Of a stretch of DNA of 64,000 nt, positions 9,611 to 18,888 are shown one piece after another (positions within the stretch are counted from its first letter, which is position 1; each line of letters opens with the position of its first letter). Location: positions 44,854-108,853 of the IMG/VR virus record IMGVR_UViG_3300029267_002377, one strand, 5' to 3'. The position numbers and the translations under genes were made by a program. Below the pieces are notes generated by a model that saw nothing but the letters and a program-made list of their open reading frames with translations, did not search any database and was not told the DNA's origin. Origin of the DNA: a virus.

Positions 9611-9801
9611 ATAGGCAACTGGTTATTGTCGAGGGACCCGACCGGGGAGATGTGATTAGTGACTTTTTAGGTATTATAAATCCCCTCCTTCAAGACAACT
9701 GGTGGATCGTTGGGGGGACATTGATCGAGTTTGTAGCGCCGCGGAAGGGCGGTTACAGGTACGCCTGGACAGTAGAGCTGGAGCAAGAGGTTGTTACCTA
9801 A
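9607..9801 (+). CDS. hypothetical protein
   Basis: ATGA overlap with the upstream gene. Confidence 0.55.
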   Translation: MNRQLVIVEGPDRGDVISDFLGIINPLLQDNWWIVGGTLIEFVAPRKGGYRYAWTVELEQEVVT

Positions 9802-10750
9802 TCAGATAGTTGGTGAGATTGAAAACGAACTCAACCTAGAGAAGTGGTTCCAAAAGGGTGGACCCGGCTCTGGTCACTGGGGTCATAGGGGTCGGAAGGG
9901 GAAACGAGGGGGTAGTGCTCCTTCTAGAGGGTTGGCTAAGTTGTCTGCTCCAGTTGGGAACGCTGGTGTTGAGGGTAATAGGGGAGTTGACAAGTTGCTC
10001 ACTGACACCTTATTTCCTGGGGAGGAGGTAGTTACCAAACCAAAACCAGGGGATTGGGAATACGCTACTACCAATGAAAGAGCCAAACTCAAAGCCCAAG
10101 TGGCAAGAGACCTTTCTGAGGTATCTGGGGTTACAGAACAAGAAGCAGCTGACTTTGTGAGGCAGTGGGCGCACTCCTCTAACGACAACGATATGCGCTC
10201 TTTGGCTGTGCAGCAAGATGCGGCGAAGGAGTTTGGCCTTAAGACATCGGAGTTTACTCAAGGTAAGATTGATAACATGAAAGAATACAGACAGAAACAG
10301 CTAAAAAGACTAGAGGAGGGATATACTATAGAGCAACTTGGAGTGCGATGGGCAAGTGTAAATCCTTTGATGGAGAGTGATAAACAGCGAGCCCTCCTGA
10401 GAAGCATGTACAACGAGACACAAGCCGAACTGAAAGCGAGGGGAATTAAGGAGGTTCGGCTGTATAGGGGAGCTAGATTGCCGGATGATGGAAAATGGCC
10501 AGATAGAATCGGTGGTGCTATACCGGTTGAGACAAATGCAGTGGAGAGTTGGTCTGTTAGCGCACGTGTTGCGAGGAATTTTGCTACTCCTCAGAGTGGT
10601 GGTGACATAGGGGTGGTATTTGTAACGGTGGTTCCAGCCAATCGCATTCTGTCAACTCCTGCAACTGGTTTTGGCTGTCTAAGAGAGGGAGAGGTTGTTG
10701 TCTTGGGGGGAATTGATGGAGATAATGCTAGAGTGGCGGGGATAAGATGA
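9791..10750 (+). CDS. GGPGSG-tagged effector 1: R-S-E ADP-ribosyltransferase-like
   Basis: Tag starts at 9857; VRLYRG, VESWS, REGEVVV triad motifs. Confidence 0.75.
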   Translation: MLPNQIVGEIENELNLEKWFQKGGPGSGHWGHRGRKGKRGGSAPSRGLAKLSAPVGNAGVEGNRGVDKLLTDTLFPGEEVVTKPKPGDWEYATTNERAKLKAQVARDLSEVSGVTEQEAADFVRQWAHSSNDNDMRSLAVQQDAAKEFGLKTSEFTQGKIDNMKEYRQKQLKRLEEGYTIEQLGVRWASVNPLMESDKQRALLRSMYNETQAELKARGIKEVRLYRGARLPDDGKWPDRIGGAIPVETNAVESWSVSARVARNFATPQSGGDIGVVFVTVVPANRILSTPATGFGCLREGEVVVLGGIDGDNARVAGIR

Positions 10751-10866
10751 AGGTTATTAAGATAAGTGATACAGATGAGAATGCTGATTGGATCAAAGTT
10801 TTATCTGACGATGTAAAAGTCAGTGAAATGGCCAAGAAGCTCTTAAAAGATTATGTAAAGGAATGA
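10747..10866 (+). CDS. 39-aa protein coupled to effector 1; candidate immunity protein
   Basis: ATGA overlap; MKVIKISDTDENADWIKVLSDD... Confidence 0.5.
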   Translation: MKVIKISDTDENADWIKVLSDDVKVSEMAKKLLKDYVKE

Positions 10867-10876
10867 AAACCTTTTT

Positions 10877-11044
10877 ATGAATAAGGATTATGCAGCGCAG
10901 CTTCTAATTAGCGCATCTCAAGTGGAGGAAGATCCAGAACTCCAACTGGCGATGTTAATGGGAGCGCGGGAACTAACTCAAGACGAGCTTAAATGGATTC
11001 CTGTTGACTTGAGGAAATGGTTTTATCCAGAGTTGGGAGTTTAG
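10877..11044 (+). CDS. small hypothetical protein (55 aa)
   Basis: Read manually: MNKDYAAQLL..WFYPELGV. Confidence 0.5.
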   Translation: MNKDYAAQLLISASQVEEDPELQLAMLMGARELTQDELKWIPVDLRKWFYPELGV

Positions 11045-11045
11045 A

Positions 11046-11300
11046 ATGAAGATTAGACGGATATGTCAGATGTGCTGGCACAATAAGTATGAATTTGACC
11101 CTAGCAAACCAGAAAGACCAGAAGACAAGTTTTGTCCTACTTGTAGACGAAGAATGGGGTTAGGGCCTTCACAACCTGGGGTGGGAGCTTCGGATGGGCT
11201 AGACGTCGTGGGGAGACCGGTTCCAACGGGCCCCAAGAGGTCCATTTCTGAGATCGCGCATAGCAACCCGCCTGAGATTGATTGGAGCCAACTGCAGTGA
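11046..11300 (+). CDS. zinc-ribbon hypothetical protein
   Basis: CQMC..CPTC. Confidence 0.55.
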   Translation: MKIRRICQMCWHNKYEFDPSKPERPEDKFCPTCRRRMGLGPSQPGVGASDGLDVVGRPVPTGPKRSISEIAHSNPPEIDWSQLQ

Positions 11301-11424
11301 CAGTTCACTGTCCACTACACGGCAAACAAAGAGCAGAAGATCGCTCTGGTCAATGCGAAGCCTGTCAATATTCGAGAAACTTGAACGTCAATATAAAGAA
11401 GATTTTAATAAGGAGGGCAAAGAA

Positions 11425-11577
11425 GTGACAGGGGATCCAATCGCTGAGTGGTCTAGAGAATTTCCGTCGAAGTGGTTAGAGGCGGCTGGGTTTATACAGT
11501 TCTTAATAGTACAGGGGATTGAAATCGAGCCCCCAGATTACATGGAGCTCTTTAAGTATTTGGTTGAGAAAGGTTGA
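11425..11577 (+). CDS. small hypothetical protein
   Basis: AAGGAGG RBS before GTG at 11425. Confidence 0.5.
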   Translation: MTGDPIAEWSREFPSKWLEAAGFIQFLIVQGIEIEPPDYMELFKYLVEKG

Positions 11578-11581
11578 GCTG

Positions 11582-11866
11582 ATGTACGATAGTGCAGAGG
11601 GCACAAAAGCCCTAAAAGAGATGGGTCCTGCGCTAAAACACCACTATGAGAACAACCGGCACCACCCAGAGCACTGGACAGCTGGGGTTAACAAGATGTC
11701 TCTATTTGATTTGATTGAGATGTTGGCTGATTGGGCGGTAGCAGTGCAGAGACATGCAGATGGAGATCTAGAAGAGAGCCTAAAGATCAATAAGGAACGG
11801 TTCGAGATCTCAGATCAGCTTTATGAGATCCTAAAGAACACAGCAGAGGATATGGGGTGGATTTAG
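11582..11866 (+). CDS. DUF5662-like HD-related protein, apparently shortened
   Basis: HHYENNRHHPEH..MSLFDLIEMLADW; the N-terminal HD half is not visible. Confidence 0.6.
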   Translation: MYDSAEGTKALKEMGPALKHHYENNRHHPEHWTAGVNKMSLFDLIEMLADWAVAVQRHADGDLEESLKINKERFEISDQLYEILKNTAEDMGWI

Positions 11867-12159
11867 ATCGGTTGCTGTACAAAATCCTTCCACCGGAGTG
11901 GTATCTAAAACTACACGGAATTAAACTGTATTCTGAACCTCCTACAGCGGCTACAGTAACGTATACGCTACACGGAGAAGAGAAAGCAGCTCAAGTTAAA
12001 TTTGGAAGTGCATACGCCGTAGTGAAAATGTTCCCGTTGTGGTTGAAACACGGGTTCCTTGAGAAGGGACCCGGAGATCGGTACTATATTCCTCCACATG
12101 ACATTCTAAAGGTAGAGTGGTGGGACCCTATTTTGGAAGATTATTTCGCTGTTTATTGA
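11857..12159 (+). CDS. hypothetical protein
   Basis: Coupled ORF. Confidence 0.55.
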   Translation: MDLDRLLYKILPPEWYLKLHGIKLYSEPPTAATVTYTLHGEEKAAQVKFGSAYAVVKMFPLWLKHGFLEKGPGDRYYIPPHDILKVEWWDPILEDYFAVY

Positions 12160-12162
12160 GGG

Positions 12163-12423
12163 ATGAAGATGGACTGGATTCGAGTTGAAGATAAATTACC
12201 CAGAAAAACAGACAAAGTGCTAACATACACTAAGAACCGGGGTATACTAATAGCTTCCTTTGAGGCAAACGGGAAGCGGTATGATGACAACTACATAGTA
12301 TACGACATAACTCACTGGATGCCCCTACCAGACCCACCAGGGATTACTGTAAAGATATGTGTTACAGGGGTATCGGAAGGTCTAACTAAGCGAATTGAAG
12401 AGATGGTGAGGGAGGGGTTATGA
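12163..12423 (+). CDS. DUF551-like protein
   Basis: WIRVEDKLP...ITHWMPLPDPP. Confidence 0.8.
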   Translation: MKMDWIRVEDKLPRKTDKVLTYTKNRGILIASFEANGKRYDDNYIVYDITHWMPLPDPPGITVKICVTGVSEGLTKRIEEMVREGL

Positions 12424-12550
12424 GGTACTTCTGGAACTTAGTCACAGGAGACTTAGTGGCAACTAGGGATAGACATACAATCGCAATCCTTAAAATGGAA
12501 GGCTACATTGAGGTCTCATATGAAAGGTACAAGGAGATTGCGAGGGCAAG

Positions 12551-13117
12551 GTGAGCAATAAAGCTTTCTTGATGAGCTATGTGCATAACAAACTAATGGA
12601 AGAGCCACAATGGGGGCCTACTCTGGCAGGTGCAGAGTATGAACCGAAGTGGATGGATTTTGTAGCACAAGGTTATGGGGCGAATAACCCCCTTCCGTCT
12701 ATCTACGATACGTATGTGTACTCCTGGTTACATACTGGTTTATGCTTAGGGGCTATTCTGTATATAAAGATCTATGTAGGCCGAATACCAAAGGGCAACA
12801 AATACATAGAAGCAAACAACAAAGCACTAAACAACCTACCGTACTCATTTAAAGCTACGTTTATTCCAATGAAAGGCAGAGGACATAATACAGACGGCGA
12901 GCTGGTGTGGACTGAGCCAATAGTGCTAGGACAAACACTGCACACAGGTAAGGTAGTAGAGGAAGAGCTACCTCCTGGCCAAGCTCCCCTGGAGGTAGGT
13001 GCTACAGAATCACACAGAACACTCATGCACCTACTAGAGGAGAAGAGACTAGCTAGGTGGGCATATGGGGATAAGTACATAAAGCTGGTCTATGTAAGGG
13101 ATGTGGAGTGGAAGTAG
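12551..13117 (+). CDS. hypothetical protein
   Basis: 188-aa ORF. Confidence 0.6.
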   Translation: MSNKAFLMSYVHNKLMEEPQWGPTLAGAEYEPKWMDFVAQGYGANNPLPSIYDTYVYSWLHTGLCLGAILYIKIYVGRIPKGNKYIEANNKALNNLPYSFKATFIPMKGRGHNTDGELVWTEPIVLGQTLHTGKVVEEELPPGQAPLEVGATESHRTLMHLLEEKRLARWAYGDKYIKLVYVRDVEWK

Positions 13118-13389
13118 CGATTGCTTTGACAGCTCTCATAGTGAGTGCGTGGGTGGCGGTGTGTAGCTGGTTGGACAAAGCTGTGGAATCTACTGAAGTT
13201 CTACTTCGGCGGAAAGGTGAGGCATTAAGTAGATATCCTCCAAGCACAATGTACGCAGCTAGAGAGGAGGCTAAGGTGAGGATGGAGAAGTATAGGGAGG
13301 AGATGAGGTTGAGCCGTGATAGTTATAAGAAGACAGAAAGGAGGCTTAAAAAGCTCAAAGGGTTGAGGAGATACTGCTGTGGGAGGTAA
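13108..13389 (+). CDS. N-terminally anchored basic coiled-coil protein
   Basis: Hydrophobic N-terminus, R/K-rich helix. Confidence 0.5.
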   Translation: MEVAIALTALIVSAWVAVCSWLDKAVESTEVLLRRKGEALSRYPPSTMYAAREEAKVRMEKYREEMRLSRDSYKKTERRLKKLKGLRRYCCGR

Positions 13390-13673
13390 CAGAAGGTCAC
13401 CCACCACCCCTCTGGCCCCCGCCCCGGATAACTCTGGTGTTATGTATGGGCGCTGAGGCGTAGAACAAACATATACATGTTCAGACTATGTATGTTATGT
13501 CAACAAATATGCAGTTTATGGGGCGTTTAGGCCAGGTAGGTGTAAAGATTGTAAAGGATGACAGTGGGTAGGCAGGAGTTGGAAAAAATTAAAACCAAAC
13601 GCGAAGGCGCTGCGGGCAATGTCACCTAACTTTTTTATAAAACCCATCCCCAGAATAGGACCTTACATAAATT
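13390..13673. other. non-coding segment at a strand-composition switch (possible pac/origin region)
   Basis: Long intergenic gap in the packaging module; G/A-rich upstream, C-rich downstream (judged by eye). Confidence 0.3.
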
Positions 13674-13828
13674 ATGACTAACGAACTACACCCAACACAC
13701 TCGGATGATTGGTGCTTAACCTGCAGTAAGCCGCCCACTTACTTAGTCCGTCACGAACCCTACCCACCTGTTCCTACAACTGCAAAGGACAATGTGGTTG
13801 TAGAAAAGGACTTCTTAAGCGAGGATAG

Positions 13829-14131
13829 ATGAACTACATTATAGGCCACCTAGTTGGAGATGTTTTATTCCAAAACAAATGGTTAGCCACCATAAAGCGA
13901 CAGCACATCTGGGGTATGTGTTTGCACTGTTTCATTGTAACGACGTTTGTCTTCCTGTTTACAAGTTGGAACCTACTCCAGCTTTCGTTGGCTTTTGCTT
14001 CTCACTTCATCATTGATTGGTTTCAGTTTAAGAAGCTTTGGCCCAAGTTTATTGACCAGTATGAGGGCGTTGGTCCCACGGACGATCAAATCTTCCACAT
14101 CTTATCTCTATACTTAATAAACTTACTATGA
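13829..14131 (+). CDS. DUF3307-like membrane protein
   Basis: HLVGDVLFQ..K..H..HFIID..DQIFH. Confidence 0.75.
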   Translation: MNYIIGHLVGDVLFQNKWLATIKRQHIWGMCLHCFIVTTFVFLFTSWNLLQLSLAFASHFIIDWFQFKKLWPKFIDQYEGVGPTDDQIFHILSLYLINLL

Positions 14132-14383
14132 AGACATACACTGTCATCGGCTCAACTGACAATTACGAAATAAAAGCGTCTAACGAGAAGGAAGCTTGGA
14201 GACAAGCTATAGTTAAGAACTTAAAGCCACCTTTCATTAGAGAGAAGAAGTGATCTACTACAAGTGTAAGAAATGCAAAGGCTGGTTTACCAAGCCATAC
14301 GGGTGGTTTACTAGAGTCGCTAAACCTAAAGTCTGGACGACCGTCATTGAATTTACTTGCCCATCTTGTGTAAAGGAGAAAAA

Positions 14384-15316
14384 ATGAACGAAGTAAGATC
14401 TATCAAGTCCGCATACGCTAGCCACTTACTAGCCAAAAAGAACGTCGTGGCTGTAGGAGTTGGCTACAAGAGAGTCGGAGGAGAGCGGACCGACGACCTA
14501 GCTGTCATCGTCTCCGTAGTCCAGAAACAAACAAACCCCGTAGAACCTGTCCCCAAGTACCTCAATGGAATCAAAACAGACGTCCAGGAAGTTGGTGTCT
14601 TGAGAGCGATGCGAACGAGCAAGCACCGCCCCGCTCCTGGTGGAGTGTCTATTGGTCACGTCGACATCACGGCTGGAACACTTGGTTGCCTCACCTCCGA
14701 AGGGTATATTTTGAGCAACAACCACGTCTTGGCCAACTCGAACGCGGGAGAACCAGGAGACTACATCGTCCAGCCCGGTCCCCACGACGGCGGAACGGTT
14801 GATGACCTCATCGCTACGCTTTACCGGTTTGTTCCGGTTGAGTTCAGTTGTCCCATTTTGGATGGAATCATCGGTGCCGGGAACTTGATTGCCCGAGCCA
14901 TGAAGTCTCGCTACCGCCTCCGAGGAGTCAACAACTCGGAGAACCTCGTAGACGCCGCCCTAGCCACTCCACTGTCATCTGACCTCGTCACCCCCGAGAT
15001 CCTCGAAATCGGCGAACCCGCTGGAGTAGCCGAAGCCGAACTCGGCATGAGTATTCAGAAGAGTGGCCGCACAACTGGCCTTACCCACGGAACTATCGAG
15101 CAAATTGACGTGACGGCCAACGTTTTGTACGGCTATCAAATGGCCACTTTCACCGATCAAGTTATGGCTGGCTACATGTGCGAGGGCGGAGACAGCGGTT
15201 CGGCTGTTCTAACCGGCGACCGCGAAGTGGTTGGTTTGTTGTTTGCTGGATCTGAGTCGACTACCCTATTCAACCGGATCGCCAACGTCACGGACCTGTT
15301 AGGAGTCACCATTTGA
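14384..15316 (+). CDS. trypsin-like (S1) serine protease with prodomain
   Basis: Catalytic triad SNNHVL, VDAALA, GGDSGS; KSGRTTGLT. Confidence 0.9.
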   Translation: MNEVRSIKSAYASHLLAKKNVVAVGVGYKRVGGERTDDLAVIVSVVQKQTNPVEPVPKYLNGIKTDVQEVGVLRAMRTSKHRPAPGGVSIGHVDITAGTLGCLTSEGYILSNNHVLANSNAGEPGDYIVQPGPHDGGTVDDLIATLYRFVPVEFSCPILDGIIGAGNLIARAMKSRYRLRGVNNSENLVDAALATPLSSDLVTPEILEIGEPAGVAEAELGMSIQKSGRTTGLTHGTIEQIDVTANVLYGYQMATFTDQVMAGYMCEGGDSGSAVLTGDREVVGLLFAGSESTTLFNRIANVTDLLGVTI

Positions 15317-16068
15317 CAGACATTGCTATCCAGATCATAGACAACTACATAGAACTCGGTGGCCCCGGATCTGGGAATTGGGGACACGCAGGCAGAAAAG
15401 GAAAAAGAGGTGGGTCCCTCCCGCGCTCTAGAGCTATGTCTAGACGAACAGGCAAGGACTGGAGAAAGCGTCAAGCAGCAGCTAAGAGGATTGCTGCCAA
15501 GGGTCACACTCCCCCAACGGATTCGGCTATGCATGAAGACCGTTTGCACTCCTCTTTAACTGAAAAAGACAAAGGAGTGATAAGGCGTGCTGTAGCCAAT
15601 CTCCCCCAGGAGCACCTAGACAAGGTCTATGGGATTGAGAAACGCCATATCCCTGGAGCAGAGGGACGGTGCAGAGGGAACTACATCGAGCTAAATAGTG
15701 AGACTTATGGAGCTCATAATAGGCGGATTTGGCATAAGGCCACTGTGGTGCATGAGATTGGTCACGTGGTTCAAAATCATAACTCACAGTATGGAGACCG
15801 GCGTTACGTTGAAGATTTTGGAAAGTTCTATAGGGAGAAGAAAGGTCGAGTCGGAATACACCCCAGTGCACTACGGGCGGAAGCGACAAAGGCAGGAGGT
15901 CCGAGGAAGGGATTTCCTTCCCGATACTCTCAGAAAGATCACAAGGAGTTATTTGCCGAAAGCTACCAAATGTATACAAGCGCCCCGAAGACCTTACAGA
16001 AGCGAGCTCCGGAGATTTATGAGTACATGCGAGATGACGTGTTTGGTGGGGTGGAGTACATAAAATGA
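15313..16068 (+). CDS. GGPGSG-tagged effector 2: lethal-factor-like zincin metallopeptidase
   Basis: Tag starts at 15358; HEIGH, YSQKDHKELFAESY, APEIYEYM. Confidence 0.75.
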   Translation: MTDIAIQIIDNYIELGGPGSGNWGHAGRKGKRGGSLPRSRAMSRRTGKDWRKRQAAAKRIAAKGHTPPTDSAMHEDRLHSSLTEKDKGVIRRAVANLPQEHLDKVYGIEKRHIPGAEGRCRGNYIELNSETYGAHNRRIWHKATVVHEIGHVVQNHNSQYGDRRYVEDFGKFYREKKGRVGIHPSALRAEATKAGGPRKGFPSRYSQKDHKELFAESYQMYTSAPKTLQKRAPEIYEYMRDDVFGGVEYIK

Positions 16069-16325
16069 ATATCCTTAGCGGTGTAACAGGTAAGCAGGTT
16101 GGGACTATGGATCGGCTGGGTCGAGTTACTACTTCAGATCGAGGACTCAAAGGTATTATGGCTGCAGTTAATAAAGATCGGTCTGTGGTTATACCCAGCC
16201 GCTCAGACGTCGTAGGTGAGGATAAAATAATAGATTTCGTGGAGATAGTATCAGATACAGATCCGGATTTTGTCAACGCGCTCATTATCTATCTCCTCCG
16301 AGAAGGCTATGAGGTTGTAGTATGA
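16065..16325 (+). CDS. small protein coupled to effector 2; candidate inhibitor/immunity protein
   Basis: ATGA overlap; 86 aa. Confidence 0.55.
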   Translation: MNILSGVTGKQVGTMDRLGRVTTSDRGLKGIMAAVNKDRSVVIPSRSDVVGEDKIIDFVEIVSDTDPDFVNALIIYLLREGYEVVV

Positions 16326-16437
16326 AAGAAGTTACTAAAGGCAAAAACTGGCCCGTCCGGATTGAAGTCACCAAAGACGGATCCGGGAAAGTAATCAAAC
16401 AGAAATCTATTCAAATTCCTAAACTAAGGCGTCTTAG

Positions 16438-16992
16438 GTGATTGAGATTCTGGTAGCTTTAATCTTATACACTAGTATCCCACTCCGCATGCCAGATATG
16501 GTTGGCTTGGCCACTCCCTACGGTCCTCCAGCTTTTTGTCAGGGTGATAGAATGCGCAGCGGCCAGGAGTTGGATCTAGCCGCTCCGACTATGGCAGTCA
16601 ATGATTGTAGGAAGAACAGTACTGGGCAGTGTGTGTACGACTGGGACATCAGTTACTGGCCGCAGTGGGCGAATAAGAGAGCAATCGTATTCATTCCAGA
16701 GTGTGAGAAGTTACTTATTGTAGATATTAAAGACACAGGTCGTCTACGGTCTGCTGGTCAGAGACGGTTGGGTATCCGAGATGGAGTGAAGCACTACTGG
16801 GGGCTGCCCCTGCCAGAGGAGGAGTACGAGTTGGCCACTAGAGTGCTGGACGAGCCCGTCTTGGAGCCGAATACAACTTGGTTGGAGGATGAAGTTTATT
16901 GGGTAGTAGCTGACTTTCCTGTTGAGTTTTATGAGAGAGAGGTTTTATGTGGTTTGCTATGGCCCAAAGTGGCTATTTGGGTTGAGGAGTAA
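16438..16992 (+). CDS. exported RlpA/3D-like double-psi beta-barrel protein (putative lytic transglycosylase)
   Basis: Signal-like N-terminus; GLATPYG..MRSG..MAVN..IKDTG. Confidence 0.5.
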   Translation: MIEILVALILYTSIPLRMPDMVGLATPYGPPAFCQGDRMRSGQELDLAAPTMAVNDCRKNSTGQCVYDWDISYWPQWANKRAIVFIPECEKLLIVDIKDTGRLRSAGQRRLGIRDGVKHYWGLPLPEEEYELATRVLDEPVLEPNTTWLEDEVYWVVADFPVEFYEREVLCGLLWPKVAIWVEE

Positions 16993-16995
16993 GAT

Positions 16996-17160
16996 ATGGA
17001 TAAAGTAAAAATATACAATAAGTTGGGCCAACTCGTCGGGTGGTACATCAACGGGGTGGTGCAAGTCTACTCCCCCGACCTCCAGAAGGCGAAAAAGGGA
17101 TGTCCAGAAGGCGCAGACCTTGTAGAATTTCTGAAGAGTCGGGGGTTTCGTTTTGAGTAG
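16996..17160 (+). CDS. 54-aa protein, duplicated copy A
   Basis: MDKVKIYNKLGQLVGW..EFLKSRGFRFE; near-identical to 18733-18888. Confidence 0.7.
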   Translation: MDKVKIYNKLGQLVGWYINGVVQVYSPDLQKAKKGCPEGADLVEFLKSRGFRFE

Positions 17161-18505
17161 AGACCTCTTTGCCGAAGTAGGCGCCATACTAACTGAGATG
17201 GGCGGCCCCGGTTCTGGCCACCATGGTCACAAAGGCCGCAAAGGTAAGCGCGGTGGATCGGCCCCTTCTAAAGCTGGTGGGATTTCTAGCCCTCAACCGG
17301 TAGGTGGTGCTTGGTCTTCTTGGCACGCATTCGAGGTGGATGTTATTCAGGGGAATATAGACCCTGATTTCTCGATACAGGCTGAGGTGGATAACACTTT
17401 GTACGAGGTTAAGCTTGAAAGCTGGTGGGAAGGATGCATGGAGTCTCGAGGGTTGGGTAAAACTTCTTGGGGATCTATAGATAGGAGGTTTGAGGAGTTA
17501 ATGGCAGCGGAAGCTGGTTGGGATAGGGTTGATATATCGGGTTTTATAGATAATACCCACATAGCTCCATATGGTGCCACATACATCGGAAGAAAAGTCC
17601 TGCGGGTAAAAAGCGACTTTATCATTTCTCAAGTCGAATCCCAACTCGTTCTCAGCCCCGAAGGTGGATGGGTAGAGAAAGGCGGACCAGGAAGTGGCCA
17701 TTGGGGTCACGCTGGTCGAAAAGGAAAGAGGGGAGGGAGTTTGCCGGGGGCAGTCGGCGTTCTTGGCGCTGCGGTTGTAAGCCAGTTGGAGAAGGATGGT
17801 TACGATCCGGGTATACTGGTGTCTATAGGTCGAGATGCCCGCGACCGGGGTTTTACCTCCCTTCTGGGGGATCTGCATGATGAGGTACCCGAGAATGAGT
17901 ACATGAAGTATGCAGATGCCTACGCAGAAGCAAGGTTATTCACCAGCGGGGGATTTAGTGGTCAAAGCGACCCAGGATTTAGGCATGTGTCTCTCAAACG
18001 TTTCGAGAGGGACTTAGCAAATCCAGAGCGTCGGTGGATACCAAAGCAATTGGCAGCAGCAGCTATAATCAAAAGTATGGTAGAGCAAGATTTAAGAAGT
18101 ACTCCTCGTTTATACCGCGGTTCAGATTGGGAGGGCTCTCTATCTGTGGGAGACAAGGTAGATTTTGGGACCTTGGGGCGTGAGTTTTCGAGCCTTAGTC
18201 CCGCTGGTGGGGCTTTTGGGGCTCGTAAATATACGTTTATTTTGGATAACCCACAGAGAGGAGCAAACCTTAAGAATTTTTCTAATCACCCCGAGGAGAA
18301 ACCTTGGTTGATAAAAGGAAACTATAAGGTATCTTCTATCAAAGGTAAAAATATTACTATAGTACCGGGTGGGGTATCTAAGAGTGATTTTATCATTTCT
18401 CAAATCGAATCCCAACTCGTTCTCAGTCCCGAAGGTGGGTGGGTGGAAGACGTGCTTGTTTCCGAACAACGGGTGGCAACATCTCTATCGAGCTTATTTG
18501 AGTGA
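17153..18505 (+). CDS. GGPGSG-tagged polyprotein: tag + unknown domain + tag + ART-like domain
   Basis: Tags start at 17201 and 17681; RLYRG, FSSLS; repeated linker KSDFIISQxESQLVLSPEGGWVE. Confidence 0.7.
   Translation: MSRDLFAEVGAILTEMGGPGSGHHGHKGRKGKRGGSAPSKAGGISSPQPVGGAWSSWHAFEVDVIQGNIDPDFSIQAEVDNTLYEVKLESWWEGCMESRGLGKTSWGSIDRRFEELMAAEAGWDRVDISGFIDNTHIAPYGATYIGRKVLRVKSDFIISQVESQLVLSPEGGWVEKGGPGSGHWGHAGRKGKRGGSLPGAVGVLGAAVVSQLEKDGYDPGILVSIGRDARDRGFTSLLGDLHDEVPENEYMKYADAYAEARLFTSGGFSGQSDPGFRHVSLKRFERDLANPERRWIPKQLAAAAIIKSMVEQDLRSTPRLYRGSDWEGSLSVGDKVDFGTLGREFSSLSPAGGAFGARKYTFILDNPQRGANLKNFSNHPEEKPWLIKGNYKVSSIKGKNITIVPGGVSKSDFIISQIESQLVLSPEGGWVEDVLVSEQRVATSLSSLFE
17611..18447 (+). repeat. 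~66-bp direct repeat (17611-17676 and 18382-18447) encoding the linker
   Basis: tttatcatttctcaa(g/a)tcgaatcccaactcgttctcag(c/t)cccgaaggtgg in both copies. Confidence 0.85.
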
Positions 18506-18720
18506 GGGAGACTTGTATTATGCTTACTAGTGAACTAATCGATCATCTAGAAGAGATTCGAAAGCAGCATGGAGACTTACCTATCTATATATTTACTGAT
18601 GGGACGGGCCCATCAACTTGCATGGATCTCGAGCGAGTAGATGTAGGTGAGGCTTGGTTCGCGAACAGTCCCGAGACGGTACGAAGTGCAGTGATTCTAA
18701 GTTTGTATGGAGTGGATTAG
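18502..18720 (+). CDS. hypothetical protein, paralog of 34207-34431
   Basis: TSELIDHLEEIRKQHGDL vs TSELIYQLEEIRSIHGDL. Confidence 0.65.
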   Translation: MRETCIMLTSELIDHLEEIRKQHGDLPIYIFTDGTGPSTCMDLERVDVGEAWFANSPETVRSAVILSLYGVD

Positions 18721-18732
18721 AAAGGTAGCAGT

Positions 18733-18888
18733 ATGGGCAAAGTAAAAATCTATAACAAGCTGGGCCAGCTCACTGGCTGGCTTGTAGTACAAGTCTACTC
18801 CCCCGACCTCAAGAAGGCGAAAAAGGGATGTCCAGAAGGCGCAGACCTTGTAGAATTTCTGAAGAGTCGGGGGTTTCGTTTTGACTAG
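18733..18888 (+). CDS. 51-aa protein, duplicated copy B
   Basis: MGKVKIYNKLGQLTGW..EFLKSRGFRFD. Confidence 0.7.
   Translation: MGKVKIYNKLGQLTGWLVVQVYSPDLKKAKKGCPEGADLVEFLKSRGFRFD

Noticed and set aside
18502-18720. Immunity gene for the two-cargo effector
   Set aside because: A paralog sits at 34207-34431 with no effector nearby, so it looks like a generic small phage protein.
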